Source: Trypethelium eluteriae
Lineage: Eukaryota
DNA length: 41,394 nucleotides
Reading direction: 5' to 3'
NCBI GenBank assembly: GCA_051942245.1
Contig: JAVECL010000161.1
Location: forward strand, 1 to 41,394
The notes beneath the pieces were generated by a model, which saw only the letters and a list, made by a program, of their open reading frames with translations, was not told the DNA's origin and made no database searches. Positions 24,936 through 36,608 of this stretch are shown here, one piece after another; the stretch's first letter is position 1, and every line of letters begins with the position of its first letter. Position numbers and translations under genes: made by a program.

Positions 24936-26167
24936 ATGGCATTCAAAAGGATATGCTCAATCATGTGGCAAGAGGAAGAGAAGATCAAGAAACAGCCATG
25001 CGTGTGCGACGTCACGTCTGCAAAGCGGACATCTCAAAACTATTCACGACGACTTTTACGACCGATTTAACGATACATGACCTAATGATTAGTACCGGGA
25101 TCACAGGACCGGTATCCACTTTAATGATTTTTTACGATTGGACTGCGGATATGAGACCAAGCGTTCTCTCCGCCATGTTTCTATGATTCTCTGCACTGCA
25201 TAGCGTTCGAGATGACGATCATCTTACTCAAGACATGAACTAGGTGGCAGCACTATCTTTATCGGTTTAGCAAGCGCAAAATTCATCCGACACTCGCATG
25301 AAGTAATGCAAGGATACCAAGGCTAATGAGTCAGCATCTGGCGTACTGTCTAATGCCCATTTTTGTACGTATTGGGACTTTTTTCTGGAATAGCCCGTTG
25401 CTAGCCTATCAGAATGTTGGCCAAAATCTGTTTCACTTTTAGCTTACCATCACTATCTCCAAAATTTTTTCATTTCGTCAGTCCAGTGACTGGTATTTAC
25501 TACCTTCTGTTCTATCAACACTCCCTTTGCAAGTGGCGGAGATCAATATCCAACTTTCACACTCTCCAAAGCCAATATATATAAAGAAATGAACAGAGTC
25601 TCTTCCCTCGACTACTAGTATTTTCTTTTTTGTCTTGCCTTCTACTGATTTAGGGCGATCGCAACTTCCCTTTGGGGCCATGAGGATAGTTTCAGCCTCA
25701 ACATTGCTGTTTCGGCCCTCCGCCTCACCGGAATTGCCCAAATATTCACCGGGGGCGCATTTCCCACACCGGAGCTGCTGAAAACTAACGAGCGAGTCTT
25801 ACAACTGGTTATAATCCCCCCTTCACCAAGGAGGACACGACTTCTTCGTAGCGTTTGGCAGAAAAAAGTGTTTGTTCGATTTCCTACTTTCGCACCACAA
25901 CTTACACTCATTTTTTCAATTCTCACTGTCGAAGCTTTCTCAGAAATATTTGGGAATAATCAAAAGATACATCGCAGGGAATTTAAGCTTAAATCAACCC
26001 AGGTATGCATGCAGGTGGGCGTCTAGCGTTTTGAAATGTCGATACTTCTTGGCATCCGGGCCTCCCCTCCATCCACTATCCCCTATGAAGTAAAAAATAG
26101 AGGATAAACAAAGAGGATTGGAAGCAGGAAAAGAAAAATCCCGGCAACTCAATAGACTGACAGACTC

Positions 26168-26518
26168 ATGAATAGCAAAAACAAAGCCTTCTCAGCAATA
26201 ATGGAAGCACGACATATCACTCCCGATGACGCGCCCCTCGATCCCGGCGCCCCTGCTCTCCCCAGATTCACGAGCGCGCCCCACAACAACGCAAGCCAGT
26301 CGGCGAGCCGGGAGAATGTCTGGATGGCGAATGCGTTTGTGATTGCCTTGGTAGCAGTTTTTGTGACGACCCTGCTGGTTGGGATCGTGCTGAGAGTGCG
26401 AAGGTGGATTCGGTGGAGGCGAATGCAGCGATACCTGCATCAGCATTTGGAGGACGGAGGAGATGTGGATTTTGTGGAGGACGAGGAAGATAAGGAGGGC
26501 GAGGATGAGGAGGGTTAG
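26168..26518 (+). CDS. Hypothetical single-pass membrane protein (116 aa)
   Basis: Hydrophobic run AFVIALVAVFVTTLLVGIVL followed by an Arg-rich stop-transfer segment and acidic tail. C-rich 5' to G-rich 3' skew matches that of APD1. Confidence 0.6.
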   Translation: MNSKNKAFSAIMEARHITPDDAPLDPGAPALPRFTSAPHNNASQSASRENVWMANAFVIALVAVFVTTLLVGIVLRVRRWIRWRRMQRYLHQHLEDGGDVDFVEDEEDKEGEDEEG

Positions 26519-26763
26519 CACGGTATTTTGGGGGAGGGGTGGTTTGGTCTGCTTGGAGCTGGAGGCAAGGCGTTGGATTGGGTGGCTTGCAGTGCTTTGA
26601 TGGATTTTCTGTTTTGTATCAGGGAGATTTCTCTACGTCTTCGTAATGTCCAGATCTACTACATCATCATACTCTTTGTCTCTTGTGTCGATATCATTTC
26701 ATGTATCCACTTGTCACATACAGTGCAGCATGAAACTTGGTGATCATTCATCTTCTATACCCC

Positions 26764-29435
26764 TCACGTCGAAATGTTGGCGCTTGCTCGTAAATCCCGA
26801 CTACTAAACCCAGCCTCCAATCCAATGGTCCCGGCTGGTATCCTCCACTCTTGAACCTCTACATCCCAAAAACTCAGGTCCCTCCTCATCAAGGGGAAGT
26901 GCACCTGCGCGCTCTGCCCCGGCTGCAGTGTCACTTTATCGAACCCTCTCAATTGCCTTACTGGCGTGCCTGAGCCCGCAGACGCAGGCAGTGAGACATA
27001 CAGTTGCGGCACCGCGGCGCCGGCGACAGACCCTGTGTTCGTGACTGTCGCAGTGGTGGTAAAGAGAGTATCCCACAAGGCGGGATTCCCACCTGGTGGC
27101 GGTGTCCCATTAGAGACGGGTGGAGGGAGAGATGAGATGCTACTGCCGCTGCCGTAGCCGCTAGCAGCGGAGCTACCTGAGATGGAGAGATTGCCCATCG
27201 AGAAGGTGGTGTAGGAGAGACCGAAGCCGAACTCGTACTGCACGGACTCGTTGTAATAGTCAAAGTGCTTGTAGTCGATCAGTAGGCGCTCCGCGAAATC
27301 GGACTGCCATGCGTTCGGGTCGGTCGTGTTGAGGAGGGCGGAGGAGTTCGTGATGGGTGCAAAGTTGTAATCGGATTCGTTGTAGGCAATTGTATACGGG
27401 AGCTTCCCTGAAGGATTGTAGTCGCCCCACAGGATGTCGACGATGGAATTGCCACTTTCCTGGCCTGGATAGTGCGCCGCGAGAATGCCTGTCACGTTTG
27501 GATGAGACGCCCAAGGGAGAACATTGATGCCGCTGCTGTGGTAGATGACGATGGTATTGTTGCAAGAGCCGGCAACAGTGTTGACAACGGCCGTAGAGTT
27601 CCAGTCATTCTCGAGGGAGGTGCGGTCGAGACCTTCTTCGGCCCAGGTCTTGAGGAAAACAAGACACACATCCGGAGGTGTGGGGTAGATAGACGAGATG
27701 TCCCCAGAGGCGAGGATGGTATTATTTAGCTGATACTGCACGAGGTTTTTCTTGTAGCCTACCCGGGTTTTGATTGCATCGAGAGGCGGGACAACATAGC
27801 TGAGCCGTCCTGTGCCTGAACCGCCTCCAACAGGCAAAGTTCCCTGTTCGTAGTCTCCTTCGAAGTATAGACCACTGCTGATGTCGCCGGCATCGTTGCC
27901 GAAGACACCAACATTCTTCGGGGCTTTGAGAGGAAGTGTTCCATTTGTATTCTTCAACAAAACTGTGCCGGCAGCGCCAAGCTCCCGTATCAATGCAGCA
28001 TGATCGTCTCGGACATCGCGGTTCGCGGGTGGCGTGCTCGTGAAATTGTATAGATAACTGGAGGTGGGGAAGAAATTTAAGCCCCCTTCAGACGGGTCAA
28101 TGGATGGATATCCAGTATCCTGGTGTAGGTAGAAGTATGGGGTCATGATTCTGTTAATCATGTCGTCCACACGAGATTCTGGAACTGATCCATTGTTCAC
28201 GCTGGTAGAGACATTCCCTCCGAAGAACGAGGGTGTTGGGGCCGTAAACCCGATACCACCGGGCATATCCATATCTAGTCCTGCAAGAATTGCGCTGACG
28301 CCGCTGTGGGTAGCCTCCCAGTCTGATACAACGAACCCCTGAAAGCCAAGTTCTTCTTTCAGGAGCCCATTCAGAGCCTTCGAGTTTTGGCAGCCATAAC
28401 TTGAGTTAATGCGGTTGTAACTGCACATGATGCTGGCCGTCCCTGCCTTCACAGCATTGGCAAATGGCCAAAGATATAACTCGTGAATGGTTCTGTCATC
28501 AATGTTGGATGATATAGCTTCGATTGTCTCACCAGAGAGAGTCTCACTCGGATTTCGTTGCGTCTCCTGTTCGTATCCAATATAATGTTTGGCACAGGCC
28601 TGTAGCCCTTGCGATTGCATGCCGCTGATTGTCTCCTCCATGGCAGTGCCAGTCAAGTAAGGGTCAGGGGAGAAGCCTGGTGGCGTTAGGCCAGAAGTCT
28701 CAATGCGAGAAAATTAGACTTACCTTCCCAGTTTCTGCCATCGTAGGCTGACCTGCCAAGAGGACCAGAGACTGGACCTAGCGCCATGTTGGCTCCTTTT
28801 CCCTTGAACTCAGTTCCCATAAAGACCCCCCGCGTATGTATTAGATTTCGATCCCAGGAGGCTGCACAGGTGACTCCGGCCGGGAAGACACTGGCATAGT
28901 CTGCCTGCCGAATTGCCAAAGGACCATCTTGAAGACACAAGCCGTTGAAACCAAGTCGATAAATAGGCGCGATATTACCTAAAGGCGAACTACTCAGCAA
29001 GGTATTTATCAAGTCTGGAGGTTTCCACTTACCAACACATGGCCCGCTCGTGCCAGTGACCATGCCAGCTTTCTCGTCCAAAGTCAGTTGGGAAGTAAAG
29101 TTAACAGCGCGAGCGTAAGCTGCTTCCCAGCCACCTAGGCCTGTGGTATTTGCTGGTTCAGAGCGTTAGCCCTCATGATCCGAAATTTGTAATCTATGCC
29201 AGTAATAGGTTTCCCGGCGCATTAAATCTGAAGGATGTTCTAGTCTATGGGACCTCATAGACCACAACTGAAACTTCAGGATATCAATCTCGGATTCAAG
29301 ATAAGAGATCGTGGACGTACGCGAGGGATACACAGGCGGACTGGTCGTGTACAGATCATGATCGAATTCTTGTCCGTGTACCAAAGCGACGGAAGCAGCA
29401 AGCAAGCCCAACTGAGCTCTCATGACGGGCAACAT
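26764..29435 (-). CDS. Secreted GH3 beta-glucosidase
   Basis: Exons 29435(or 29423)-29321, 29152-29033, 28978-28724, 28676-26764. Signal peptide, SPPVYPSP, GRNWEGFSPDP, KHYIGYEQE, nucleophile VVSDW, Fn3-like QLRGFDKV. Confidence 0.96.
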
Positions 29436-29590
29436 GTTTCTGCACCACCCAGTAAAGCTCCAGAGAATCGCTGCAGTTGCTTCTGCTACCACCAAGCTCC
29501 ATATCGTTCTCCTTTGGCCTTAAAAGTGTCTTTCGGTCTTCGGTCAAACGTCATTTTTCCGAAGTTCTGACAACAATTTTAGCGTTTCTA

Positions 29591-29613
29591 GCGGGGTGCA
29601 TGATTTTGCGGGG
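29591..29613. promoter_or_regulatory. Paired CreA/Cre1-type carbon catabolite repression sites
   Basis: Two GCGGGG (SYGGRG) motifs at 29591 and 29608 upstream of the GH3 gene. Short motif, so chance occurrence is possible. Confidence 0.35.
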
Positions 29614-30140
29614 AAAGCCCTAGTAAAGGTCTAAAGAAGGTCAATGGTAGCGTACCTAAGCTGTTGTTGTTCCTGATCTGCCGCACGGAATTGGTCTTAG
29701 GATGCCGGGGTCGTGCCCATCCTGGTCGCAGTGGAATTTGCGAGGGGTAAATTACGCGCTTGTATCAAGTGAACGTCAAAAGAAAAGAAATTCGAAGACA
29801 TAAGTAGCAAACCAAATTTACGTTACGAGTGACGGAGCGGCAAGCTGAAGTGAAGCGATGTCGTAAAATTATTAGGTATAGATCTAGTAACCCAACTGTT
29901 AGGACTCTGGTCAGAGCCTCATGATGCAAAGCGTGCATAAAACTGCCGCGGACAGTTACCATCGGAAGTTGGCCCTCGACTAACTCAATCGCATGTATTC
30001 CACCCGGGCCCGCCTGAACATGCTGGATCCGACATGCGTCCAAATACGCCAAAAATTCCGAGCCGAAGTGGGCACTCCGAAGTGGAGGGGAGATTCTGAT
30101 GAACGTGTAAAAGACGACAAGTGGTTCAAACGTAGCAGCA

Positions 30141-31444
30141 TCACATGATGATTGCCGGAACTAGTCAAAATTATTAGCTTTGCTATGGCCTTTAGCGATA
30201 CAAAGAGTATTTACTTACCATCGACATTCTGCTTGATCGATTTGTGTGGCAGGACTGACCCTCCGTTCACGTAGATTTCGTCGCCGATACTGACATCGTC
30301 ACCCAACACCGTGACGTTCTCTAACCTGGCCCATTTGCCAACGGAGCTGTTCCAGCCTACAATTGTAGACTTGATCCAGGCGTGGTCTTTGACTTTGCTT
30401 CCGGATAGGAGCACGCATCTTTGCAAACGGACACCATCGCCGACTACCACATTGGGTCCAATGGTTACATTTGGACCAATGCGACAGTGCTTGCCAATTT
30501 TTGCGGTAGGATCTATAAGAACGTTACCGCCATGGACGTAGGATTCCGAGGTCGGCGTGAGCTGTTTAGCACCCTTCTTCGTCAAGGAGGACAAGTAGAG
30601 GCATGTACCGCTCAAGAAATCCTTGGGCTGCCCAACGTCCATCCAGAATCCCTCGAGATCAAAAGAGTGTAATTGGCCGTCCTCGCAGATTGCTGGGAAT
30701 GTTTCCTGTTCAATCGAGGTCGGACGTAATTCTATTCGCCGCAATACGCTGGGATTGAGGATATAGATGCCCGCGTTGATTCTGTTGCCAACGAATTCGA
30801 CAGGCTTCTCTACGAACCGGTCTATTCTTGAAGCATGGTTTGGCTTATGTACCACGACACCATACTTCGATGGTTCTTCCACCTTTGTCACAATGATTGT
30901 TCCCTCGTCGCCATGGCTCTTGTGAAATGCGGCCAGTTGCTTAAATGGATAATCGCAAATGACGTCTGAGTTGAGGACGAAAAAGGGAGAATCGTCTTTC
31001 CCGAGTATCTTCTCAGCGAGCTTGAGTGGTCCAGCCGTTCCCAAAGGCTCAGATTCGACAGAGAACTCAATCTTGACGCCGTATTCTTGCTCGTACTGAG
31101 ATTCCAAAATGTATGAGCTTCTTGACATCCAATTGAAGCACTGAGTGAAGCACTGAGTGTCCAAGGACAGGGATTTTAGCTCACCCTCTTCAATGCGGCT
31201 GTCATGATCTCTGGTCTGTAGTTGACAGCCAGTACAATATCTGTAACACCGGCAGCTGCCAAACTCTCAACTTGGTGCTCGATCATGGGCTTATTCGCGA
31301 ACTCGACGAGGGGCTTTGGCAAAGTAAGAGTCAATGGGCGAAGGCGGGTACCAAACCCTCCGACTAGAATGAGAGCTGTTTTTCCCATTAGCCTACATCA
31401 GTCCGCTTAGTTATGCCGTGGATTGAGTAGTTTTTACCTTTCAT
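30141..31444 (-). CDS. PSA1: Mannose-1-phosphate guanylyltransferase (364 aa)
   Basis: Exons 31444-31438, 31375-31185, 31095-30219, 30160-30141. [24 protein letters not shown], hexapeptide C-terminus ending VPAIIM. Confidence 0.98.
31135..31158. repeat. 12-bp perfect tandem duplication in PSA1 intron 2
   Basis: GAAGCACTGAGT x2. Confidence 0.8.
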
Positions 31445-31972
31445 GTTGAACGGTCTCGAGGTTCGTATTGAGCGAAAGATTGGCGGCTCTGACCAAGGTC
31501 GTTAAAGATGGTGATTACCGTTGGAATTCCGCAGCAAAACAAGCACTCTCAGCTGGACCTGGAGCGCGACGGATTGAGGGAAACGAGGAAAGAGGGATTC
31601 TTCTCAAATGAGTGAAAGAAAGGACTCTATTCCAGGAGAAAGTTGCAGCTAGAATCAATTTCTGAGCCTGAGGACAGCTAATTGCAAGTCAGGGTCCGAG
31701 GGCGCAGTAACTGAGCCAGGGATGCACCAAGCCACCGAAGCCGTCACATGGGAATCGACGAATGAAGGGCCTCAGGGGCCGCATCCACCTCCGCAGTAAT
31801 TCTCGCCTTACCGTGTTATTTACCCCTTTTTGGACATTGCGCAATGGTTTCACCTCCAATCGCGGAGTAACACTACAAGCCCTAGCAGGAAATCATATGA
31901 TATCTCGTAAATCATTCGCGTTCACCACGCACCAAGTGTTCATATTCGGACGTCGTGACTGTAAGTAGATCG

Positions 31973-33139
31973 CTAGCTTTCAGAATCGCTCTGGGTATCT
32001 GCGGGAAGCTCTCCAGACTCTAGCTTTCGTTTCCCCAATATTTTCGTTGCGTTACTTTCTCCACGCTTACTCGGTCTGGCCATACCGAGGAACTGCATGA
32101 TCCATGACTGCACTCTCTCTAGCTTCATTGCATGGGGACGCGGCAAACTGTCGAACTTGTCATGAGCTGCCTCTCCCCAATTCAAACCCTCTCTCCGAGA
32201 AAGTAGGGCAAGCCTAGTCCCGATATTGGGGTAGCGTTCGTTACTTAGGCTCTGTCCGCAAACTTCTCCCAGGTATGACCTTAGTGCAACATTCTTCATG
32301 AAGACCATATCTCCCCTCCGAAGTAGAAAGATAAGCGATCGAAGCCTCATTTGCGCATGTGAGGGAGACCGGGAACCAGGACAGGCTTCTGGCTTGAGCC
32401 AGATACTTATTTTCAGGCCTGCTTTAGTCTCGTCCCTTACATAGAGTTCCACGACATTCATATCATACGAACTACCTTGGCGTCGAACGGTAACCGTCCG
32501 TGTTGAACTGATATCAACAATCCCTACGATAATATCAATGGTCATCGTTCCCGGCAAGATCCTCTTCAAATAATCCGCGCTTGGCAGAGCAGACAGGTCG
32601 GTTAAATGTTCTCTGGTCGGAAATGTCTGCTTCTCGAGAAGACTGTCGTCCACGTTGGCTGTTATGCTGTAATCTGTGTCTCCGAAACCCACGAATGATT
32701 CGTAGTTGCTGCCCTCGAGCAGACTGAGGTCAGTATTGAACTGCGCCATAGGCGCAACTTGTGACGGCTCAAAGAATTCGTGGACCGCAAAAGACGTGTC
32801 CAAGTCCTCGTTGACCTGATTCGAAACCGAGTCGTAGAGATCATCTGTGCTCGTACGAATACCTGGGTCCGCTTGATGATGATGCTTGCTTTGGTCATTG
32901 TCCGATATTGTTGATGGTCTATCGTCAAGAAGCACCGTAGTGACGGTGCGCCAAGACGGCCAAGTATCCGACAATGATGCGCTTAACAAAGGAGGTTTCT
33001 CACTGGATTTTCCCCCAAGAAATCTGTGAAAGCATGGTATGAAGTCATCTAACAATTCTTCCTCGATCCAACTCAGGGAACCGGAGGCCGGGGCGCCGGT
33101 TAAGAACTTCATTGGGAGTTTACAGGCGTTACTAGCCAT
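31973..33139 (-). CDS. OB-fold nucleic-acid-binding protein, SHLD2/FAM35A-like (388 aa)
   Basis: Intronless ORF from ATG 33139. N-terminal FLTGAP and WRTV motifs, acidic linker, OB pattern TIDIIVGIVDIS..VVELYVRDET..ISIW..LRRGDMVFMKNVAL. Confidence 0.75.
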   Translation of the reverse strand: MASNACKLPMKFLTGAPASGSLSWIEEELLDDFIPCFHRFLGGKSSEKPPLLSASLSDTWPSWRTVTTVLLDDRPSTISDNDQSKHHHQADPGIRTSTDDLYDSVSNQVNEDLDTSFAVHEFFEPSQVAPMAQFNTDLSLLEGSNYESFVGFGDTDYSITANVDDSLLEKQTFPTREHLTDLSALPSADYLKRILPGTMTIDIIVGIVDISSTRTVTVRRQGSSYDMNVVELYVRDETKAGLKISIWLKPEACPGSRSPSHAQMRLRSLIFLLRRGDMVFMKNVALRSYLGEVCGQSLSNERYPNIGTRLALLSRREGLNWGEAAHDKFDSLPRPHAMKLERVQSWIMQFLGMARPSKRGESNATKILGKRKLESGELPADTQSDSES

Positions 33140-33620
33140 AGAATCGGCCTCTGTCAAACAATATGCCTTTATTAACTTCCATAGTGCTCACCACACTCTT
33201 CGTGCGTTCCTCGACAAAGCTACCCAAAGCACTGTCCAATGTAGGGTCCAAGACAAGTGTGAGGTGGTGGTTGAGGGTTCAAGCCTTTAGAAAGGTACGT
33301 CGCTACCCAGTCACGCCTCAGTACCTGTTAAATGCTCGGCCATCGGACTTCAGGTCGGATTTTAGACCCAAGTCGGCCGAGAGAGCCTCAGCCCCCTGAG
33401 GCTTCGTCTGACACAACAATCTTCGCCTGGCACAAGCGACAACTCAACTCTTCTTCTGACATTCTCATTCAGGCTTCAGTCAAACTTGACTAGGATTCAA
33501 GCCGGAAAGCGAGGAAATTGAAGCGTACGCAACGGTGTTACGTTCGTGAAGAACAGACAAACATAGATTAATACAGCTTGATCTTATCAGATCGGAAGAT
33601 ATCGGATCTTATACGCCCCG

Positions 33621-34714
33621 ATGTCCTTCAAAACTCTCATCAACAGAATCAAGGTGGTAGGCCAAAGTGGACCCAAGGATGGATTTACGACAGCGCCTGA
33701 AGGCAAGCTATTCTCCAAGACTGATCCTACTGTGGACGGTGAAGAGTGCCTGCACGATTGTGATTCATGTACGGTAAAGTTGCCAAGTAAATTCAAGATT
33801 GAGGAGGACTCGAAGCTTTATGGCTATGTTGCCGGGTGGCAGACCCATCTGCTCGTCGCCACAGGGAAGACAGATTGGCTCAGAGATGTCGAACACGAAA
33901 AGGGGAGCATTATGGAAGCCATCGACAAGTGCAAAGTTGAGCCAAGCAACGGGGTAATATATACCAAAGCAACCTATTTGCTCGGCGCTAACCACCTACC
34001 CACCCTTAGAAATTGAAGCTCTCCGCCTCAAACATCCCAATCCCTTCCGGCGCCGACAGCACCACCACCTGCCTCCTCCTCCCCGCCTTCACCTTCATCG
34101 ACAACGTCGACCCCTCCTCCGCCACCTCCCTCATCGAATCCCACATCAACACCGGCCCCACCAACACCACCCCTCTCATCCACCAGCCCACCTCCCACGC
34201 AAACGGCCAACCCAACGGCTCGACCGCCGCCGTCGCCACTTCCTCCTCTACTCTCTCATCCCGCCCCTGTCCCCACCGCTACCTCATCCTCCTCTGCTCC
34301 CACAAAACCCGCGACGCTCGCTGCGGCCAGTCAGCGCCGCTGCTGCGCAAGGAGTTCGAGCGGCACCTACGGCCACTCGGTCTCTACCGCGACCTCGACG
34401 ACGAGCGCCCCGGTGGCGTGGGCATCTATTTCATCTCGCATGTTGGGGGCCACAAGTTCTCGGCCAACGTGATGATATATCGGAGGGCGGATGCGGCCGG
34501 GGTGTTGAAGGGTGAGGCGGCTGCGGCGGGGGGAAAGGAGGTAGAGGAGGAGGCTGGAAATATGGAGGCGGCGCAGTGTATTTGGTTGGCGAGAGTGAGG
34601 CCGGAGGATTGCGAAAATGTTGTGCGGTATACGGTACTGCAAGGGAAAGTAGTGAAGCCTGAGAGCCAGTTGCGCGGTGGGTTTGATCGGGGGAGGCAGC
34701 TTGTGAGCTGGTGA
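33621..34714 (+). CDS. APD1: Sucrase/ferredoxin-like thioredoxin-fold [2Fe-2S] protein (345 aa)
   Basis: Exons 33621-33953 and 34010-34714. CLHDCDSC, LCSHKTRDARCG and SHVGGHKF ligand motifs. Confidence 0.93.
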
Positions 34715-34802
34715 GGAAGGAGTTTGCGGTCCTGCTTTGGAGCTGTGAGTCGTCGGATAAAATGATTATAGAATAGACTTTAGAGATTAATGGTTGAGTT
34801 TT

Positions 34803-36017
34803 TCAAGGAATTGGACATTCGTTCTCAATGGCTGGACTATGTATAACAACGCTGCCGGTTGAGACCATGGATGATGCCTCTGACTGTTGATCCTGTGGTG
34901 CTGTAGACTTTGGACTTTGTTCACGAGGGCTCATCGAGCGCGTCATTCGTGTATAGCGCACCGATCCCTGGGCCGAGCCATTTTCTCGGCTCGAAGCCAA
35001 TGACGGGGTCGCTGACGGTCGGACGCTTCCAATCGGAGAGCCAGTATCTGGAGGTGTGATGTTCAATCCACGCTCGGCAGATAATTTGAATTGTATTCCA
35101 AGGACGATCTGGGGATCGACATTGCTCATGCAAGCCAATATCTCTGTGAAGAGATCCATAAGCGTTCGGAATTCTCGCTCCGTCAGCGATTCGGAAGAGA
35201 AGCGTGCGTATTCATACAAGGCAAGAAATTGAGCGCCGAGAGTAGGGGGCTCGATAAGGCCAAGCTCAGATAGATGACTGAGGTAGCCTCTGAGGTCCAT
35301 AGCTGCGGATCTCTGGAGAATGGCCACCACCCTAGGGTCAGGAAATGGTGAATCACCAAAGTTTCTGCCATTGATGGAACCAGCATCCGTGTCACTTGGA
35401 GCCAGTGAAACTGCTTTTGCTTCAATGAGGTTGGGCAGTTCTGAGATGACGGTAGAAAACTGAAGGTCAGGAAGGTCATCAGAGGCTGGCGAAGACCATC
35501 CCGGGTGCTCTACGTTTCCCCACGGTGGAGCTGAAGGCGTTACTGGAATCACAGTATCCCGCAGGTGACTTTTTCGCTTGAAGTTTGAAAGCGTGCGCTC
35601 TGCCGTCCCTGGTCGATGTTGTGGAGGCTTCTTTCCAGTTTGTTGCTGCTGCTCCGGACGAACATCGCGTGGTCTCGAGTCCCAGGCGACAAGCTGGCTT
35701 CTTTCCAGGGCATTTACAATTATGCGCCGGACACTTTTGCCAACCTCACCGGGCTCAATTGGTATGTAGGTTTTCGGAATAGCAGATAAAACGCTTCTGC
35801 TCGTGTACAATCGGCTGGCGTAGACGAATATTGCGATGGTAGCAGTAACAACGTAGACCCCTCCGATGACGATTGGTTCCTGAAGCGACTTGCCTTTGAT
35901 GCATTGATAGACTATTTCACCGGGGCTGACGGCAAGGAGAATGATCAGAATAACGAAGAGGATTGTGTAAGTGGTACTGTAGAAGATGCGAAAAAAGGGA
36001 ATTCGGATTGGACGCAT
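34803..36017 (-). CDS. DLT1: Defect at low temperature protein 1 homolog
   Basis: Two N-terminal TM segments, SRLYTSRSVLSAIPKTYIPI, HPGWSSP, YEYARFS motifs. Confidence 0.85.
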   Translation of the reverse strand: MRPIRIPFFRIFYSTTYTILFVILIILLAVSPGEIVYQCIKGKSLQEPIVIGGVYVVTATIAIFVYASRLYTSRSVLSAIPKTYIPIEPGEVGKSVRRIIVNALERSQLVAWDSRPRDVRPEQQQQTGKKPPQHRPGTAERTLSNFKRKSHLRDTVIPVTPSAPPWGNVEHPGWSSPASDDLPDLQFSTVISELPNLIEAKAVSLAPSDTDAGSINGRNFGDSPFPDPRVVAILQRSAAMDLRGYLSHLSELGLIEPPTLGAQFLALYEYARFSSESLTEREFRTLMDLFTEILACMSNVDPQIVLGIQFKLSAERGLNITPPDTGSPIGSVRPSATPSLASSRENGSAQGSVRYTRMTRSMSPREQSPKSTAPQDQQSEASSMVSTGSVVIHSPAIENECPIP

Positions 36018-36608
36018 ATTGATGATTTAGACTGCTAATACACATTAATCAGACACCACTTCATGTTGTTGGAATGATATGAGCAGCGATTTGACCGCGC
36101 TGTAGTAGCAGAAGGCAAGAATATTGCGGATGCGGCAGCAAGTTGTAGAGTAGGTGCACACAGGTCCGTGCACAATACACCAACTTATGGAGTACAGCTG
36201 AGTCTAATGTCCATGGCAAGCATTGGCATATTCTCACTCAAAGTCTAGATCATTCCTATCTGTTCCGAAAATGATACTGAATCCCGAGCAGACCCTGCAG
36301 CGATGGATCGCCCAGGATCCTCCATAGATCTCTTCTGTGAGCGTGAATGTCTCTGCCATGGGATACCATCGACATGGGACGCTCGGAGTGCTGCACGGTA
36401 ATAATACCACCTAAAGGTGGGTGGTTGACATTCTGACCATTCCTTAAACGAAAGTTTAGGAATCACAAACAAAATCTTGGGGAGAAAGAAGTATCATGAA
36501 AATGTAGAGGAGCTAATTAGAGCCTATGGAAGAGCTAGCTACAGGCCCGATTCAATCTCTTCGCACCACAGAAGACCTCAAAGGGAAGAAGTAACATCCA
36601 TCTCGATC

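Noticed and set aside
28979..29032. Stop-free 54-nt stretch read through by the ORF track in the GH3 gene
   Set aside because: Ordinary intron (GTAAGT..GCTGAG..TTTAG); removal restores GPCVGNI.
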